A stretch of DNA of 64,000 nt from the NCBI GenBank assembly GCA_963770895.1, contig CAVYRF010000002.1:2048001-2112000 (forward strand), written 5' to 3'. A program made the position numbers and the translations under genes. This DNA is from an uncultured Acidobacteriota bacterium (GTDB lineage Bacteria; Acidobacteriota; Thermoanaerobaculia; Multivoradales; UBA5704). Within the stretch, counting starts at the first letter, position 1, and each line of letters opens with the position of its first letter. This document shows, in pieces, positions 1 through 13,054 of the stretch. The notes under the pieces were generated by a model. The model was not told the origin of the DNA. It did no database searches and saw only the letters and a list, made by a program, of their open reading frames with translations.

Positions 1-2
1 TG

Positions 3-854
<852 letters not shown>

Positions 855-867
855 GGCCTGCGCGGAA

Positions 868-897
868 TTGACAAAGGCGCGGCAAGGCGCCTAACAT
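868..897 (+). promoter_or_regulatory. Putative sigma-70 promoter for the tRNA gene
   Basis: TTGACA (868-873), 18-nt spacer, TAACAT (892-897), about 50 nt upstream of the tRNA. Confidence 0.6.
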
Positions 898-945
898 GCG
901 CGATCCCGGGCATGCCCGGTGGGCCATGCCCAGTGGGTTTTCTGT

Positions 946-1020
946 TCCTCGGTAGCTCAGTGGTAGAGCGATCGGCTGTTAACCGATTGGTCGGGGGTTC
1001 AAGTCCCTCCCGAGGAGCCA
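946..1020 (+). tRNA. tRNA-Asn (GTT)
   Basis: Cloverleaf: acceptor TCCTCGG/CCGAGGA, D arm GCTC-AGTGGTA-GAGC, anticodon arm ATCGG-CTGTTAA-CCGAT, T loop TTCAAGT, encoded CCA. Confidence 0.97.
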
Positions 1021-1036
1021 TCTTCCCTTCGTCTTC

Positions 1037-3145
1037 TCAAGCCTCAGCCAGGATGCGCCGTAACAGGGCCAGCAAGCCGCAGACTGCCACTGCCAGGGTT
1101 GCGGGCAGCGCCCAGCGGCTCCACCAGGGGGACGTCGGTTCGCCGGCGTCGGCGCTCGGGTCCAGCTCGGCCGTTTGCGCCGGCAGGGCGGGGAGCACGT
1201 CGGCCAGCTCGGCCAGGTCGTAGGCGGGCGGGGTCACCTCGGGAGCGCCGGCGAGCAGGCGCACGGGGCCTTTTTCGGGCCACGCGAACAGCAGGACGTC
1301 GCCACGGCGCCAGACGGTGGCGTCGACGCTGGCGAGCGGCGGGTTGTCGCCGTCGGCGAAGCGGATCGCGACGTGGCGCGGTGCCGGGCCGTCGAGCGGC
1401 AGGGCCAGCCGGCAGGGCAGCGGCGGCTCGGGCAGGCAGTCCCAGCTCAGCCGCGCCACCAGCCGCTCCTCGCGCGGGGTGAGTCCCGGCGGCCCTGGGT
1501 CGGGATAGCGCACGCCGATCGGCCGCCGCAGCGGCGCGGCGGGCGCCGCCAGGTCGATCTCGGTCACCGGCAGGCCGGCGGCAGGCAGCGGCAGGTCCAG
1601 GTGGCTGTAGCGGCGGCCCTTTTCGGCGACCGGCCGCTGCTCGCCGCGCTCGACGACCCGCACCGGGTCGGGCGGGCTCCAGCGCACGTAGGGGAGCTGG
1701 CGGCCGCCGGCTGCCAGGCGCAGGTCGCCAAGATCCGGTCTTGCCTGGGCGTACACCAGGTCCGGCAGCACCAGGCGCACCAGGTCGCCGGCCGCCGCGC
1801 CGGTTGCGGCGACGGCCCACGAAGCGCGAAAGCGGCCGGTGGACAGGCTGGCACCGAGCGCCGCGGCGGCCGGCAGGGTGAGCGGACGCCCCGGTTGCTC
1901 GGGGCCCGGAGGCACCCAGGCAGCCTCGACGCCGGCGGCGACCGAGCGCGCTTCCGGCTGGCCGGATCCGCTGGCCCCGGAGCCGCTGGCGCCGGCGCCG
2001 GCCGGGGGCGCCGGCATGCCGCCGTAGGACAGCGTGTAGCGTCCCGGCGCTTCGGCATAGAACAGGACGGTCTCGACCGCCAGGTCGAAGCTGTGGCTGA
2101 GCAGGCGCGGCGCCTCGTCGGACGGGGTGGTGGCCAGCTCGAGCCGCAGGTGGTCGCCGGCGAGCGGCGTGCCGGGCAGCTGGATGACGTGCCGCCCGGC
2201 CTTGCCGCCGCGCCACACCCCGGCGGCCAGCGGCTGCCAGGTGCCGGCGCGCGGTTGGAACAGGCGGTAGCCGACGGTGGTGCCGGCCGCCAGCTCGACG
2301 GTCAGGCGGCGCACCGTCTGCCCGGCCGCCGGCAGCGGCAGGCGGCACGCCAGCGTGGCGGTGGACGCTCCGGGCTGGCAGGGATTGTTGGGCGAGGTGA
2401 CGGTGAGCGACCGGCCGGGGACCGTGGGCTCGACCACCGCGCTCGTCAGCTGTGGCTCGCCTGCCGAACGCGGCCAGGTGAGGCGCAGGTAGCGCGCCGT
2501 CGAAGCGGGGTAGGGGAGCGCGCCCCGCACCAGGCCGTCGGCGCGGCTGAGGACAAAGATGTCGCCCGCCACCAGCTGCTCCCAGCTCTTGCCGTCGTGG
2601 CTGGCCTCCAAGGTGACGGCCGGCGGTGCGCCCAGCGTGGCCAGGTCGAGCAGCAGCCGTTCGTGCACCAGCGGCTGGGGGCCGGCGTCCAGCTGCAGCG
2701 TCCAGCCCTGGACGTCCTGCTGCACGCTCAGCACCTTGACCGGCCGGCGCTCGCTTTCGGCGATGAAGGGGACGGTCCAGCGGGCGACGTCTTCGCCGTC
2801 GGGCGCGGTGATGCGCAGGCTGTCGGGCGGCCCCAGGTGGCGCAGCGCCGCCAGGTCGAGCGGCACCCGCACCCACCCCGCCGCGGCGATGTCCACCTGG
2901 CGGGCGAAGGGCATCCCCTGCTGCCGGGAGCCGTCGGCGGCGCGCTCCTTGGCGGCGGGCGCCGATCCGCCGGTGGCAGGGGCGGGAGCGCCCGGCGCCG
3001 GCGCTGCTGGCACACCGGCGCCCGTTGCGGCAACGGCGGGGGGCGGGGCGGCCCGCGCCGCGGCCAGGGCAACCGCGGCAGCGACGGCCGTCACCGTCAT
3101 CGCCAAGGCCAGCGCGGTGCGCCGCGCCGCCGGCAGCCGCTTCAC
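1037..3145 (-). CDS. Exported, C-terminally anchored protein (DUF3999-like, internally duplicated)
   Basis: N-terminal signal peptide, two similar modules (WVRVPLD...DSLRI and LVRLVLPD...GDLRL), C-terminal TM followed by RR. The GTG start overlaps the acs stop (GTGA). Confidence 0.6.
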   Translation of the reverse strand: MKRLPAARRTALALAMTVTAVAAAVALAAARAAPPPAVAATGAGVPAAPAPGAPAPATGGSAPAAKERAADGSRQQGMPFARQVDIAAAGWVRVPLDLAALRHLGPPDSLRITAPDGEDVARWTVPFIAESERRPVKVLSVQQDVQGWTLQLDAGPQPLVHERLLLDLATLGAPPAVTLEASHDGKSWEQLVAGDIFVLSRADGLVRGALPYPASTARYLRLTWPRSAGEPQLTSAVVEPTVPGRSLTVTSPNNPCQPGASTATLACRLPLPAAGQTVRRLTVELAAGTTVGYRLFQPRAGTWQPLAAGVWRGGKAGRHVIQLPGTPLAGDHLRLELATTPSDEAPRLLSHSFDLAVETVLFYAEAPGRYTLSYGGMPAPPAGAGASGSGASGSGQPEARSVAAGVEAAWVPPGPEQPGRPLTLPAAAALGASLSTGRFRASWAVAATGAAAGDLVRLVLPDLVYAQARPDLGDLRLAAGGRQLPYVRWSPPDPVRVVERGEQRPVAEKGRRYSHLDLPLPAAGLPVTEIDLAAPAAPLRRPIGVRYPDPGPPGLTPREERLVARLSWDCLPEPPLPCRLALPLDGPAPRHVAIRFADGDNPPLASVDATVWRRGDVLLFAWPEKGPVRLLAGAPEVTPPAYDLAELADVLPALPAQTAELDPSADAGEPTSPWWSRWALPATLAVAVCGLLALLRRILAEA

Positions 3146-5103
3146 GAGGACTGCTGGCTCCGCCTGCCCTCATCCTGGCGGTGGTCGGCCACCAGCTTGT
3201 CGACCACGCCGGGATCGGCGAGCGTGGTCACGTCTCCCAGCTCTTCGTATTCGCCGGCGGCGATCTTGCGCAGGATGCGACGCATGATCTTGCCCGAGCG
3301 CGTTTTGGGCAGGCCGGCCACCAGCTGGATGCGGTCGGGCGTCGCGATCGGACCGATGGCGGTGCGGACCTGCTCCTTGAGCATCCCCACCACCTCCGCC
3401 GGATCGTTCTCTTCGAAGGCCGGGACCAGGTTGACGTAGGCGAAGATGCCGGTGCCCTTGATGTCGTGCGGGAACCCCACCACCGCCGCTTCGGCGACCG
3501 CGGCGTGCGCCACCAGGGCGCTTTCGATCTCGGCGGTGCCCAGGCGGTGGCCGGCGACGTTGAGCACGTCGTCGACGCGGCCGGTGATCCAGTAGTAGCC
3601 GTCCTGGTCGCGCCGGCAGCCGTCGCCGGTGAAGTAGAGGCCGGGGAAGCGCGAAAAGTACGTTTCGCGGAACCGCTCGTGATCGCCGTAGATGGTGCGC
3701 GCCTGGCCCGGCCAGCTGCCGGCGATGCACAGGTTGCCCGACACGTCGTTGCCTTCCAGGACCTTGCCGTTCTCATCCAGCAGCAGCGGCCGCACGCCAA
3801 AGAACGGCAGCGTCGCCGAGCCCGGTTTGGCCGGGGTGGCGCCGGGCAGCGGGGTGATCAGGATGCCGCCGGTTTCGGTCTGCCACCAGGTGTCGACCAC
3901 GGCGCAGCGGCCTTCGCCCACCACGTCGTGGTACCACATCCAGACTTCCGGGTTGATCGGCTCGCCGACCGTGCCCAGGATGCGGAGCGAATCGCGCTTG
4001 TAGCGTTTGACAAAGGAGTCGCCGGCGCGGGCGATGGCGCGGATCGCGGTCGGCGCGGTGTAGAACTTGGTGACCTTGAGGTCGTCGACGATCTGCCAGT
4101 AGCGCCCGGCGTCCGGATAGGTGGGGATCGATTCGAACATCCCGGTGGTCACGCCGTTGGCCAGCGGCCCGTAGACGATGTAGCTGTGGCCGGTGACCCA
4201 GCCGACGTCGGCGGCGCACAGGTAGATGTCGTCGGGCTGCACGTCGAACACCAGCTTGTGGGTGAGGGCGGCGTAGACCATGTAGCCGCCGGTCGTGTGC
4301 AGCACCCCCTTGGGGCGCCCGGTCGAACCGGACGTATACAGGATGAAGAGCGGGTCTTCGGCCGCCATCCATTCGATGGCGCAGGTGCCGCGGTGCTTCG
4401 CCATCTCTTCCGCCAGCCACAGGTCGCGGTCCTTCTGCATCGGCACGTCGCGATCGGTGCGCCGCACCACCAGCACCCGCTCGACCATGTCGATCCCTTC
4501 GATCGCCGCGTCGACCGTGGCCTTGAGCGGAATGCGCTTGCCGCCGCGCAGCCCTTCGTTGGCGGTGACCACCAACCGGCAGCCGGCATCCAGGATGCGG
4601 CCGCGCAGCGATTCGGCGGAAAACCCCGCGAAGACGATCGAATGCACCGCGCCGATGCGGGCGCAGGCCAGCATGGTGTAGGCCAGCTCGGGCACCATGG
4701 GCAGGTAGATGCACACCCGGTCGCCCTTGTTCACCCCGTGGGCACGCAGCACGTTGGCCACCCGCGCCACGTTGTGCAGCAGCTCGCGGTAGGTGATGCT
4801 GCGGTATTCCCCCGGCTCGTCGCCCACCCACAGGATCGCCGTCTTGTCGGGCTGCGTCGCCACGTGCCGGTCGACGCAGTTGTAGGAAGCGTTCAGGCGG
4901 CCGCCCGAGTACCACGAAAAGTCCGCCACCTCGTTGGGGTCCTGGTCGAAGATCCGCCGCGGCGGATAGAACCAATCCAGGATGCCCGCCTGCTCGCCCC
5001 AGAACTCCTGCGGCTGCTCGATCGAGCGGCGGTACATCTCGTGGTACTGCTCCATGCTCTTGACGTGCGCCCTGGCGGCGATCGCGGGTTTGACGGGGAT
5101 CAT
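3142..5103 (-). CDS. acs: Acetyl-CoA synthetase (AMP-forming)
   Basis: [37 protein letters not shown]; 653 aa; GGAGG RBS. Confidence 0.97.
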   Translation of the reverse strand: MIPVKPAIAARAHVKSMEQYHEMYRRSIEQPQEFWGEQAGILDWFYPPRRIFDQDPNEVADFSWYSGGRLNASYNCVDRHVATQPDKTAILWVGDEPGEYRSITYRELLHNVARVANVLRAHGVNKGDRVCIYLPMVPELAYTMLACARIGAVHSIVFAGFSAESLRGRILDAGCRLVVTANEGLRGGKRIPLKATVDAAIEGIDMVERVLVVRRTDRDVPMQKDRDLWLAEEMAKHRGTCAIEWMAAEDPLFILYTSGSTGRPKGVLHTTGGYMVYAALTHKLVFDVQPDDIYLCAADVGWVTGHSYIVYGPLANGVTTGMFESIPTYPDAGRYWQIVDDLKVTKFYTAPTAIRAIARAGDSFVKRYKRDSLRILGTVGEPINPEVWMWYHDVVGEGRCAVVDTWWQTETGGILITPLPGATPAKPGSATLPFFGVRPLLLDENGKVLEGNDVSGNLCIAGSWPGQARTIYGDHERFRETYFSRFPGLYFTGDGCRRDQDGYYWITGRVDDVLNVAGHRLGTAEIESALVAHAAVAEAAVVGFPHDIKGTGIFAYVNLVPAFEENDPAEVVGMLKEQVRTAIGPIATPDRIQLVAGLPKTRSGKIMRRILRKIAAGEYEELGDVTTLADPGVVDKLVADHRQDEGRRSQQSS

Positions 5104-5333
5104 GGGATGCCCTCCCTCCGTTCGTGGTTGACCGCGCCCCGACGGGCGCGAGCGGCCGGCCCGGCCGACCGGCGCTGAGCAGCCGTTTTGCGCGCCGATT
5201 GTACCTCCGCGCCCGGCACAGGTCGCTGGCGGCCGTCCACCGGGCCGAGAGTCCCGGTCGAGTGCCCGGTCTGCCGGCGGCCAGGCCAGGGCGCCGCGCC
5301 GGGCGCCGCGATGCCGCGGTATGCTCGCCGGCG

Positions 5334-8300
5334 GTGGCTTTTTTGCGCACGACGGCCCGGTTCTGGCTCCGCCTCCTGCTGTCCCTGCTGGTCGGCACCG
5401 CCCTGCCGCGCGGCGCCTGGGCGCAGGGCCCCGACGCCTCCTGGCGGACCCTGACCACGCCGCACTTCCGGCTGCACTACCCCGAGCCGTACGCCGCCTG
5501 GGCGCAGCGCGCGGCAGTCTGGCTCGAAGCGGTGCGCGAGCGCGACATCGCCGAAGTTGGTTTTGCCCCGGCGGACGTCGTCGACGTGGTGATCTCCAAC
5601 CCGCTGGCGGAAGCCAACGGCGAGGCGGTGCCGCTGCGCGGCTGGCCGCGCATGGTGCTGTGGACCAGCCCGCCGCCGGCCGATTCCGAAACCGGCCACT
5701 ACCGCGACTGGATCGAAGACCTGGTGGTGCACGAAGAAGCCCACCTGGTCCACCTGCTGCGGCCGTCGCGCAACCCGCTGCTCGCCAAGCTGCTGCCGGT
5801 TTCGTCGATCGCGCTGGCGCCGCGCTGGGTGGTGGAGGGCTATGCGACGCTGATCGAAGGCCGCCTCACCGGCTCCGGGCGCCCCAACGGCGACATGCGG
5901 GCGGCGATCCTGCGCCGCTGGGCGCAGGCCGGCCTGCTGCCCCCCTACTCCCGGCTGGCCGCCGACGCGCACAGCTGGCGCGGCATGTCGATGGCCTACC
6001 TGCTGGGCTCGGCCTACCTGGAATGGCTGGAGCAGCGCGGCGGGACGGGCAGCCTGCGCAAGCTGTGGGCGCGCCTGACGGCGCGCACCGTGCGCAGCTT
6101 CGACGACGCCTTCGTCGGCGTCTGGGGCGAGGCGCCCGACAGCCTCTACAACCGCTTCCGCGCCGAGCTCACCTGGCGCGCCATGGAGGCCGAGCGGCGG
6201 GTGCAGGCGGTGGGGCCGCTCGCGGTGCGCGAGGGCCCGCTGTGGCAGGCCCTCACCTGGACCACCGGCGCGCCGGCGGTGTCGCCCGACGGCAGCCAGG
6301 TCGCCCTGGTGCGCCGCTACCGCGACCGGCCCGGCGAGCTGGTCGTCTGGTCCACCGCCCCCAATGCCGCGGCGGAGCGGCGCTGGCAGGCCGAGCAGGA
6401 CCGCCAGGTGGCGCACGACCCCCAGGACGTGCCGGCGGTGCGCATCCGGCCCCTGCCGCGCCAGCCCCTCTACACCTGGGCGCCCGCCGCAGGGGGCGAG
6501 CCCGACCAGCCGCGCTTCCTGCCCGGCGGCAGGTCGCTGCTGGTCACCCGCTTCCTCCCCGACCGCGAAGGCTTTCTGCACCCCGACCTCTTTCAATGGT
6601 GGCCGCAAGCCGGCAGCGAGCGCCGCATCACCCGCCAGGCCGACCTGCACGACGCCGACCCCGCGCCCGACGGCACCTGGGCGGTGGCGGTGCGCGACCG
6701 CTACGGCCTGTCGCAGCTGGTCGCCGTCGACCTGGCGAGCGGCGCCGTCCACCCCCTGACCGAGCCCTCGGTCGAGCTCGTCTACGACCGGCCGCGCCTG
6801 GCCCCCGACGCCCGCCGCGTCGCCTTCGGCCTGCACACCGGCGCCGGCTGGCAGCTGGGCCTGCTCAATCTCAACCCCGACCACACGCCCGCCGGGCGCA
6901 CGGACCTGCCGCCGCCCCCCGGCGCCAGCGTCTCGGCCCCCGCCTGGAGCCCCGACGGCACCACCCTGTACGCCGTCGTCGGCAAGAACGGCTTCCTGGA
7001 CCTCTACGCCTTCGCGACCCCGCCGCTCGCCGGGAGCGCCGTCGCCGCCGGTGCTGCCGGTGTCGCCGCCCCCGGTGCCGCCGCCATCACCGCCGGGGCG
7101 CCAGCCGCCAATCCGACGCCCCCGCCGCGCGCCCTGACCCGCACCCAGGGTGCAGCCCTGGCGCCCGCGCCCACCCCCGACGGCAAGGCGCTCTTCTATC
7201 TCAGTCTGGAGCCGGACGGCCTCAGCCTCCACCGGCTGGACCTCGTGCCGGCCAGGCCCGCGCTGCCGGAAGTCGATCTGCCCGCCAGCCTGGCCCCCGC
7301 CGTGCGCCCGGCCCCGCCGAATCCCGTACCGCCCATGGTGCCGTCCGCAGCGCCAGCCGGCCCCGCAATGCCGCCGCCAGGTGCCGCATCGGGTTTATCG
7401 GTCGCCTCTCCACCAGCTGCGGCTGCCGACAAGCCCTATGGCGCGGGCCGCCAGGAGCTGCTGCCTTTGCTGGCCGGCGGCGTTGGCAATGCGGGGGAGG
7501 CGCTGGTGGTTGGGGTGCGGAGCGGTGACCTGATCGGCCGTCTGGACGTGCTGGCGCTGGGCGCGGTCGGCAGCCCCGGCGCGGCGCGCGGCGGCACCTT
7601 GGCTGGCGCCTGGCGGGGGTGGCCGGTCGCGACCGGGTTGCAGGTGTTTGATGTCGTGGATGCGCCTTCGCGGCAGGCCGGCCCGGTGGCGGCCCCGGCC
7701 GCGCTGGACCTGGAGCGCCGCGGCATCGCCGCCACCGGGGAGTGGGAGCGCGCCGGCGCCGGCGACCGCTTGCAACTACGGGGTAGCTTGCTGTGGCAGC
7801 GGCTGCTGCCCAGCGATCTTGGGATGGCCGCCGCGGTGGCCGGTGTGGATCTGGCCAGGGCGCGAGCGATCGCTTCGGCCACGCCGCCGCCGGGGGCCAG
7901 CGACGAAGAGGCGGTGGCGACCACCGCCGACTACCGGCTGAGCCGTCGCTTTGGGCTGTGGCGGCTGTCCGCCGACCTGGGGGGGCGCTTCGACGGGGGG
8001 CACACCGGTGGCGATGCCGGGACGCAATGGGCCGGCGGCCGTGATGGCAGCGGTTCCTGGACGCGGTTCGGCGGAAGCAATACGGAGAGCGATTCCTGGA
8101 CGCGCTACGGGAGCGTCGCCGGGTTGGCTGTGGCGCGCGATCACGACCGGTTGAGCGTGGCGTGGCGGCGCGACGGCTCGCGGCAGGTGGCGCATGCTTT
8201 CGATCTGTATCAGCTGGGCGGACCGGACTCCGGCCTGCTGCCGGCGGCGGCGCAGGACGCGCGCATCGTGTCGCCGGCGCTGCCGGCGGGGACGCTGGTC

Positions 8301-8567
8301 GGCGCTGAGCACGAAGAGGAACGGGCCGAGCTGAGCCTGGGGTTTCTGCCGGCGCCGCTGTTCTTCGAGCGCCATCGGTTGTGGGACGGCCTGCTCCTGC
8401 GGCCGCAGACGATCACCCTGGCTGGTCTTGAATACCGCGCCGACCTGGCGCCGCTCCCGCTGGGGCGGCTGCCGGCGCTGGAGCTGCGCCTGGGGGTGGC
8501 GCGGGTGTTCTCCGATCCGCTGGAGGACGGCTTGCGCTGGTGGCTGCTTACCGTGGTAAGGCCTTGA
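5334..8567 (+). CDS. Exported multidomain protein: zinc-metallopeptidase-like domain, TolB/PD40 propeller, possible C-terminal beta-barrel
   Basis: Signal peptide ending AWA-Q, HEEAH plus downstream WVVEG, repeated PAVSPDG/PAWSPDG. Start uncertain (ORF open from 5124; GTG at 5334 chosen). Confidence 0.65.
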   Translation: MAFLRTTARFWLRLLLSLLVGTALPRGAWAQGPDASWRTLTTPHFRLHYPEPYAAWAQRAAVWLEAVRERDIAEVGFAPADVVDVVISNPLAEANGEAVPLRGWPRMVLWTSPPPADSETGHYRDWIEDLVVHEEAHLVHLLRPSRNPLLAKLLPVSSIALAPRWVVEGYATLIEGRLTGSGRPNGDMRAAILRRWAQAGLLPPYSRLAADAHSWRGMSMAYLLGSAYLEWLEQRGGTGSLRKLWARLTARTVRSFDDAFVGVWGEAPDSLYNRFRAELTWRAMEAERRVQAVGPLAVREGPLWQALTWTTGAPAVSPDGSQVALVRRYRDRPGELVVWSTAPNAAAERRWQAEQDRQVAHDPQDVPAVRIRPLPRQPLYTWAPAAGGEPDQPRFLPGGRSLLVTRFLPDREGFLHPDLFQWWPQAGSERRITRQADLHDADPAPDGTWAVAVRDRYGLSQLVAVDLASGAVHPLTEPSVELVYDRPRLAPDARRVAFGLHTGAGWQLGLLNLNPDHTPAGRTDLPPPPGASVSAPAWSPDGTTLYAVVGKNGFLDLYAFATPPLAGSAVAAGAAGVAAPGAAAITAGAPAANPTPPPRALTRTQGAALAPAPTPDGKALFYLSLEPDGLSLHRLDLVPARPALPEVDLPASLAPAVRPAPPNPVPPMVPSAAPAGPAMPPPGAASGLSVASPPAAAADKPYGAGRQELLPLLAGGVGNAGEALVVGVRSGDLIGRLDVLALGAVGSPGAARGGTLAGAWRGWPVATGLQVFDVVDAPSRQAGPVAAPAALDLERRGIAATGEWERAGAGDRLQLRGSLLWQRLLPSDLGMAAAVAGVDLARARAIASATPPPGASDEEAVATTADYRLSRRFGLWRLSADLGGRFDGGHTGGDAGTQWAGGRDGSGSWTRFGGSNTESDSWTRYGSVAGLAVARDHDRLSVAWRRDGSRQVAHAFDLYQLGGPDSGLLPAAAQDARIVSPALPAGTLVGAEHEEERAELSLGFLPAPLFFERHRLWDGLLLRPQTITLAGLEYRADLAPLPLGRLPALELRLGVARVFSDPLEDGLRWWLLTVVRP

Positions 8568-9105
8568 GCAGCTGCTCGGGATCGACCCCCTGCGCCGTCG
8601 CGGCGCTTTCCAGCAGCGCCCGGAAACGCTCCTGCGGCAGCTCGATGAACAGGCCGGTGGCGCTGGCGAAGGCGACTCCCTGGGCGTCGAGCAGGCGCGC
8701 CGCGGTCCAGATCTTGCGCCCCTCTTCCCGCTCGACCCACGCCTCCAGCAGGGCGTCGGTGCCGAGCGGCAGCATGCGCTTGAAGCTGGTGTCCAGCTGC
8801 GCCGCGACGGCGACGTGACCCGCCACCCAGGCCGCCGCCCCCATCGCCTCGTCCAGCACCGCCGCAATGCTGCCACCGTGCGCGTGGCCGGGAGGCCCCT
8901 GCGCCCCAGGCCCGAACCAGGCCCGCCCTACCAACCTCCCATCCCCATCGCGCAGGAAATACCGCACCCGCAACAGCGCCCCCCTGGCCTCCCCGCTGAC
9001 AAACGAACCCCGCCCGCCCTCCAGCCGGAAAGGATTGATCGGCCGCCACCCCGCCTCCGCAACCACCTCCGGGGCCTCCTGCAAACCATCCAGCGCGTCG
9101 CTCAT
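8548..9105 (-). CDS. PaaI/hotdog-fold thioesterase
   Basis: QGPPGHAHGGSIAAVLDEAMG motif. ATG at 9105 is preceded by TATAGT. Confidence 0.85.
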   Translation of the reverse strand: MSDALDGLQEAPEVVAEAGWRPINPFRLEGGRGSFVSGEARGALLRVRYFLRDGDGRLVGRAWFGPGAQGPPGHAHGGSIAAVLDEAMGAAAWVAGHVAVAAQLDTSFKRMLPLGTDALLEAWVEREEGRKIWTAARLLDAQGVAFASATGLFIELPQERFRALLESAATAQGVDPEQLLKALPR

Positions 9106-9431
9106 GCCCCCGACTATACCCAACCACCCCGGCCCCCAGCCGCCGCCCGCCCTCCTGCCCCTGCCCCAGCCCGTTCCCGCTGCCTGCTCCCGTGCTCATG
9201 TGCCCGCTCCACCTCCCCCCCTGGACCTGGAATGGTGAAAAAACGCTGGCGAAGGTCGGGGGCCAGGACAGGGTGGCTGGGAGGAGGGGGACGGGGGCGC
9301 CGGAGGGGGGCAGGGTGCATGGGGAAGAGGAAGGGGTGGGCAGGAGATCAAATCTTCCTTGGTGTGGTTTTTGCTTTCAGAATGGATGTCTCGGATTGAC
9401 GGAGGAGGTTCCCTTGTTGGCTGAAGTCACC

Positions 9432-11147
9432 ATGTGCAGCGATGCCACCACCCTGGACCTGGATGCGCAGCGGCGCGAGCTGGAGCGCGCGGCGGCGACG
9501 CTGGCGGCGATCGGCGACGGCGTGATCCGCACCGACCTGATGGGCATTATCGATTACCTCAACCCGGCGGCGGAGGCGCTCACCGGCTGGAGCGCCGAAA
9601 CGGCGCTGGGCCATGCCGTGGGCGACGTGTTCTGCCTGTTCGACGAGCTGACCCGCAGGCCGCTGCCCGACCCGGTGACGCGCTGCCTGCGCGAGGGGAT
9701 CGTGGCGCGCTCGCCGGAGCACGCCATGCTGCGCAGCGCGACCGGCGCCGAATACGCGGTGCGCGATTCGGCGGCGCCGATCCAGGACGATATGGGGGTG
9801 GCGTTGGGGGTGGTGCTGGTCTTTCGCGACGTCACCGAGATGCGCGGCATGGAACGCAAGATGACCTACCTGGCCAGCCACGACACGTTGACCGGTCTGG
9901 TCAACCGCCGCGAGTTCGAGCTGCGCCTGGAGCGTGCGATCGCCAGCGCGCGCGGCGAAGCGCGCGAGCATGCGCTGCTCTATCTCGACCTGGACGAATT
10001 CAAGCTGGTCAACGATACCTGCGGCCACTTGGTGGGCGACGAGCTGCTCAAGCAGGTCGCCGGACTGCTGCGGGCGAGCGTGCGCCGCAACGACGCGCTG
10101 GCGCGCCTGGGCGGCGACGAGTTCGGGCTGCTGCTGGAGGACTGCCCGACGTTGCGCGCCCGCAAGACCGCCGAGGACATCCGCGGCGCGGTGCGCGACT
10201 ACCGGTTCACCTGCGGCTCCCAGGTGTTCGAGGTGGGGGCGAGCATCGGCCTGGTGCCGATCCGCGACGGCAGCGGCGACCTGTCGCAGGTGATGAGCGC
10301 CGCCGATGCCGCCTGCTACGTCGCCAAGGACCGCGGCCGCAACCGCGTGCACATGTACGAACCGGACGACACCGCGGTCGCCAAGCGCAACGGCGAGATG
10401 CAGTGGATCCATCGCATCCACGACGCCTTCGAGCAGCGCCGCTTCCGCCTGGTCTACCAGATGATCGAGCCGCTGCAGGACGCCTGTGCCGGCGACGGTC
10501 CGCTGTGCGAGATCCTGGTCCGCATGCTCGACCGCGACGGCCGGCTGGTGGAGCCGGCGGCGTTCGTCAGCGCCGCCGAGCGCTATCACCTGATCGATTC
10601 GCTCGACCGCTGGGTGGTGCAGACGGCGCTGGCCGCCGTCGCCGAGGCCCAACGCGATGGCACCAAGGCGGTGTTCGCGGTCAACCTGTCAGCCCAATCG
10701 CTGTCCGACGACGGCTTCCTGCCCTTCGTGCTGGCGCGCCTGGATGCCAGCGGCGTCGATGCGCGCGGCGTCTGCTTCGAGATCACGGAGACGGCGGCGA
10801 TGACCAGGCTGGACAGCGCCGTGCGCTTTCTGGCGACGCTGCGCGAGCGGGGTTGCCGCTTCGCGCTGGACGATTTTGGCAGCGGCCTGTCGTCGTTCAC
10901 CTACCTGCGCAACCTGCCGCTCGACTTTCTCAAGATCGACGGCGCCCTGGTGCAGGACATGGTGGCAGACCCGGTGAAGCGCGCCATGGTCGAGGCGATC
11001 AACCAGATCGGCCACGTCATGGGCCTGCGCACGATCGGCGAATGGGTGGAGAGCGAGGAGATCGCCGACGCCCTCAAGAGCGCCGGCGTCGATTACGGGC
11101 AGGGCTACTGGCTGTCCCGCCCGCAACCCCTGATCCACGACCGCTAA
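9432..11147 (+). CDS. PAS-GGDEF-EAL c-di-GMP signalling protein
   Basis: PAS (IGDGVIRTD, NPAAEALTGW), HDTLTGLVNR, RLGGDEF, EAL-type EILVR, FEITE, ALDDFGSG, LKIDG. Start uncertain (ORF from 9192). Confidence 0.92.
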   Translation: MCSDATTLDLDAQRRELERAAATLAAIGDGVIRTDLMGIIDYLNPAAEALTGWSAETALGHAVGDVFCLFDELTRRPLPDPVTRCLREGIVARSPEHAMLRSATGAEYAVRDSAAPIQDDMGVALGVVLVFRDVTEMRGMERKMTYLASHDTLTGLVNRREFELRLERAIASARGEAREHALLYLDLDEFKLVNDTCGHLVGDELLKQVAGLLRASVRRNDALARLGGDEFGLLLEDCPTLRARKTAEDIRGAVRDYRFTCGSQVFEVGASIGLVPIRDGSGDLSQVMSAADAACYVAKDRGRNRVHMYEPDDTAVAKRNGEMQWIHRIHDAFEQRRFRLVYQMIEPLQDACAGDGPLCEILVRMLDRDGRLVEPAAFVSAAERYHLIDSLDRWVVQTALAAVAEAQRDGTKAVFAVNLSAQSLSDDGFLPFVLARLDASGVDARGVCFEITETAAMTRLDSAVRFLATLRERGCRFALDDFGSGLSSFTYLRNLPLDFLKIDGALVQDMVADPVKRAMVEAINQIGHVMGLRTIGEWVESEEIADALKSAGVDYGQGYWLSRPQPLIHDR

Positions 11148-11155
11148 TCCAGCTG

Positions 11156-12778
<1,623 letters not shown>

Positions 12779-13054
12779 GCCCACCTCGGAGAGTTGAAAT
12801 ACGAAAAGACCGCGCCGGACCCAAGGATTTCCCCTCCCCGTCCCGCGAGGCCGATCGAGCGCACAGCGGCAAGAGTGTATAACGGGACAGCTGCGTGACA
12901 AGAGTGGGACGATGTTGCGGCGGCAACCCTCGCGCCCGCCAGTCGCCGGCGGGCATTACAATTCGCCGTCCTTCGTCGTCCCCCTCCCCGGCCGCCGGCG
13001 CCGGCATGGGGACGTGTGTGCCTTGGCCCTGATCGGAGAAGAGGAGAAGCCGCT

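Noticed and set aside
946-1036. tRNA-Asn as an integration site
   Set aside because: No integrase follows, and I found no convincing duplicate of the tRNA 3' end in the window.
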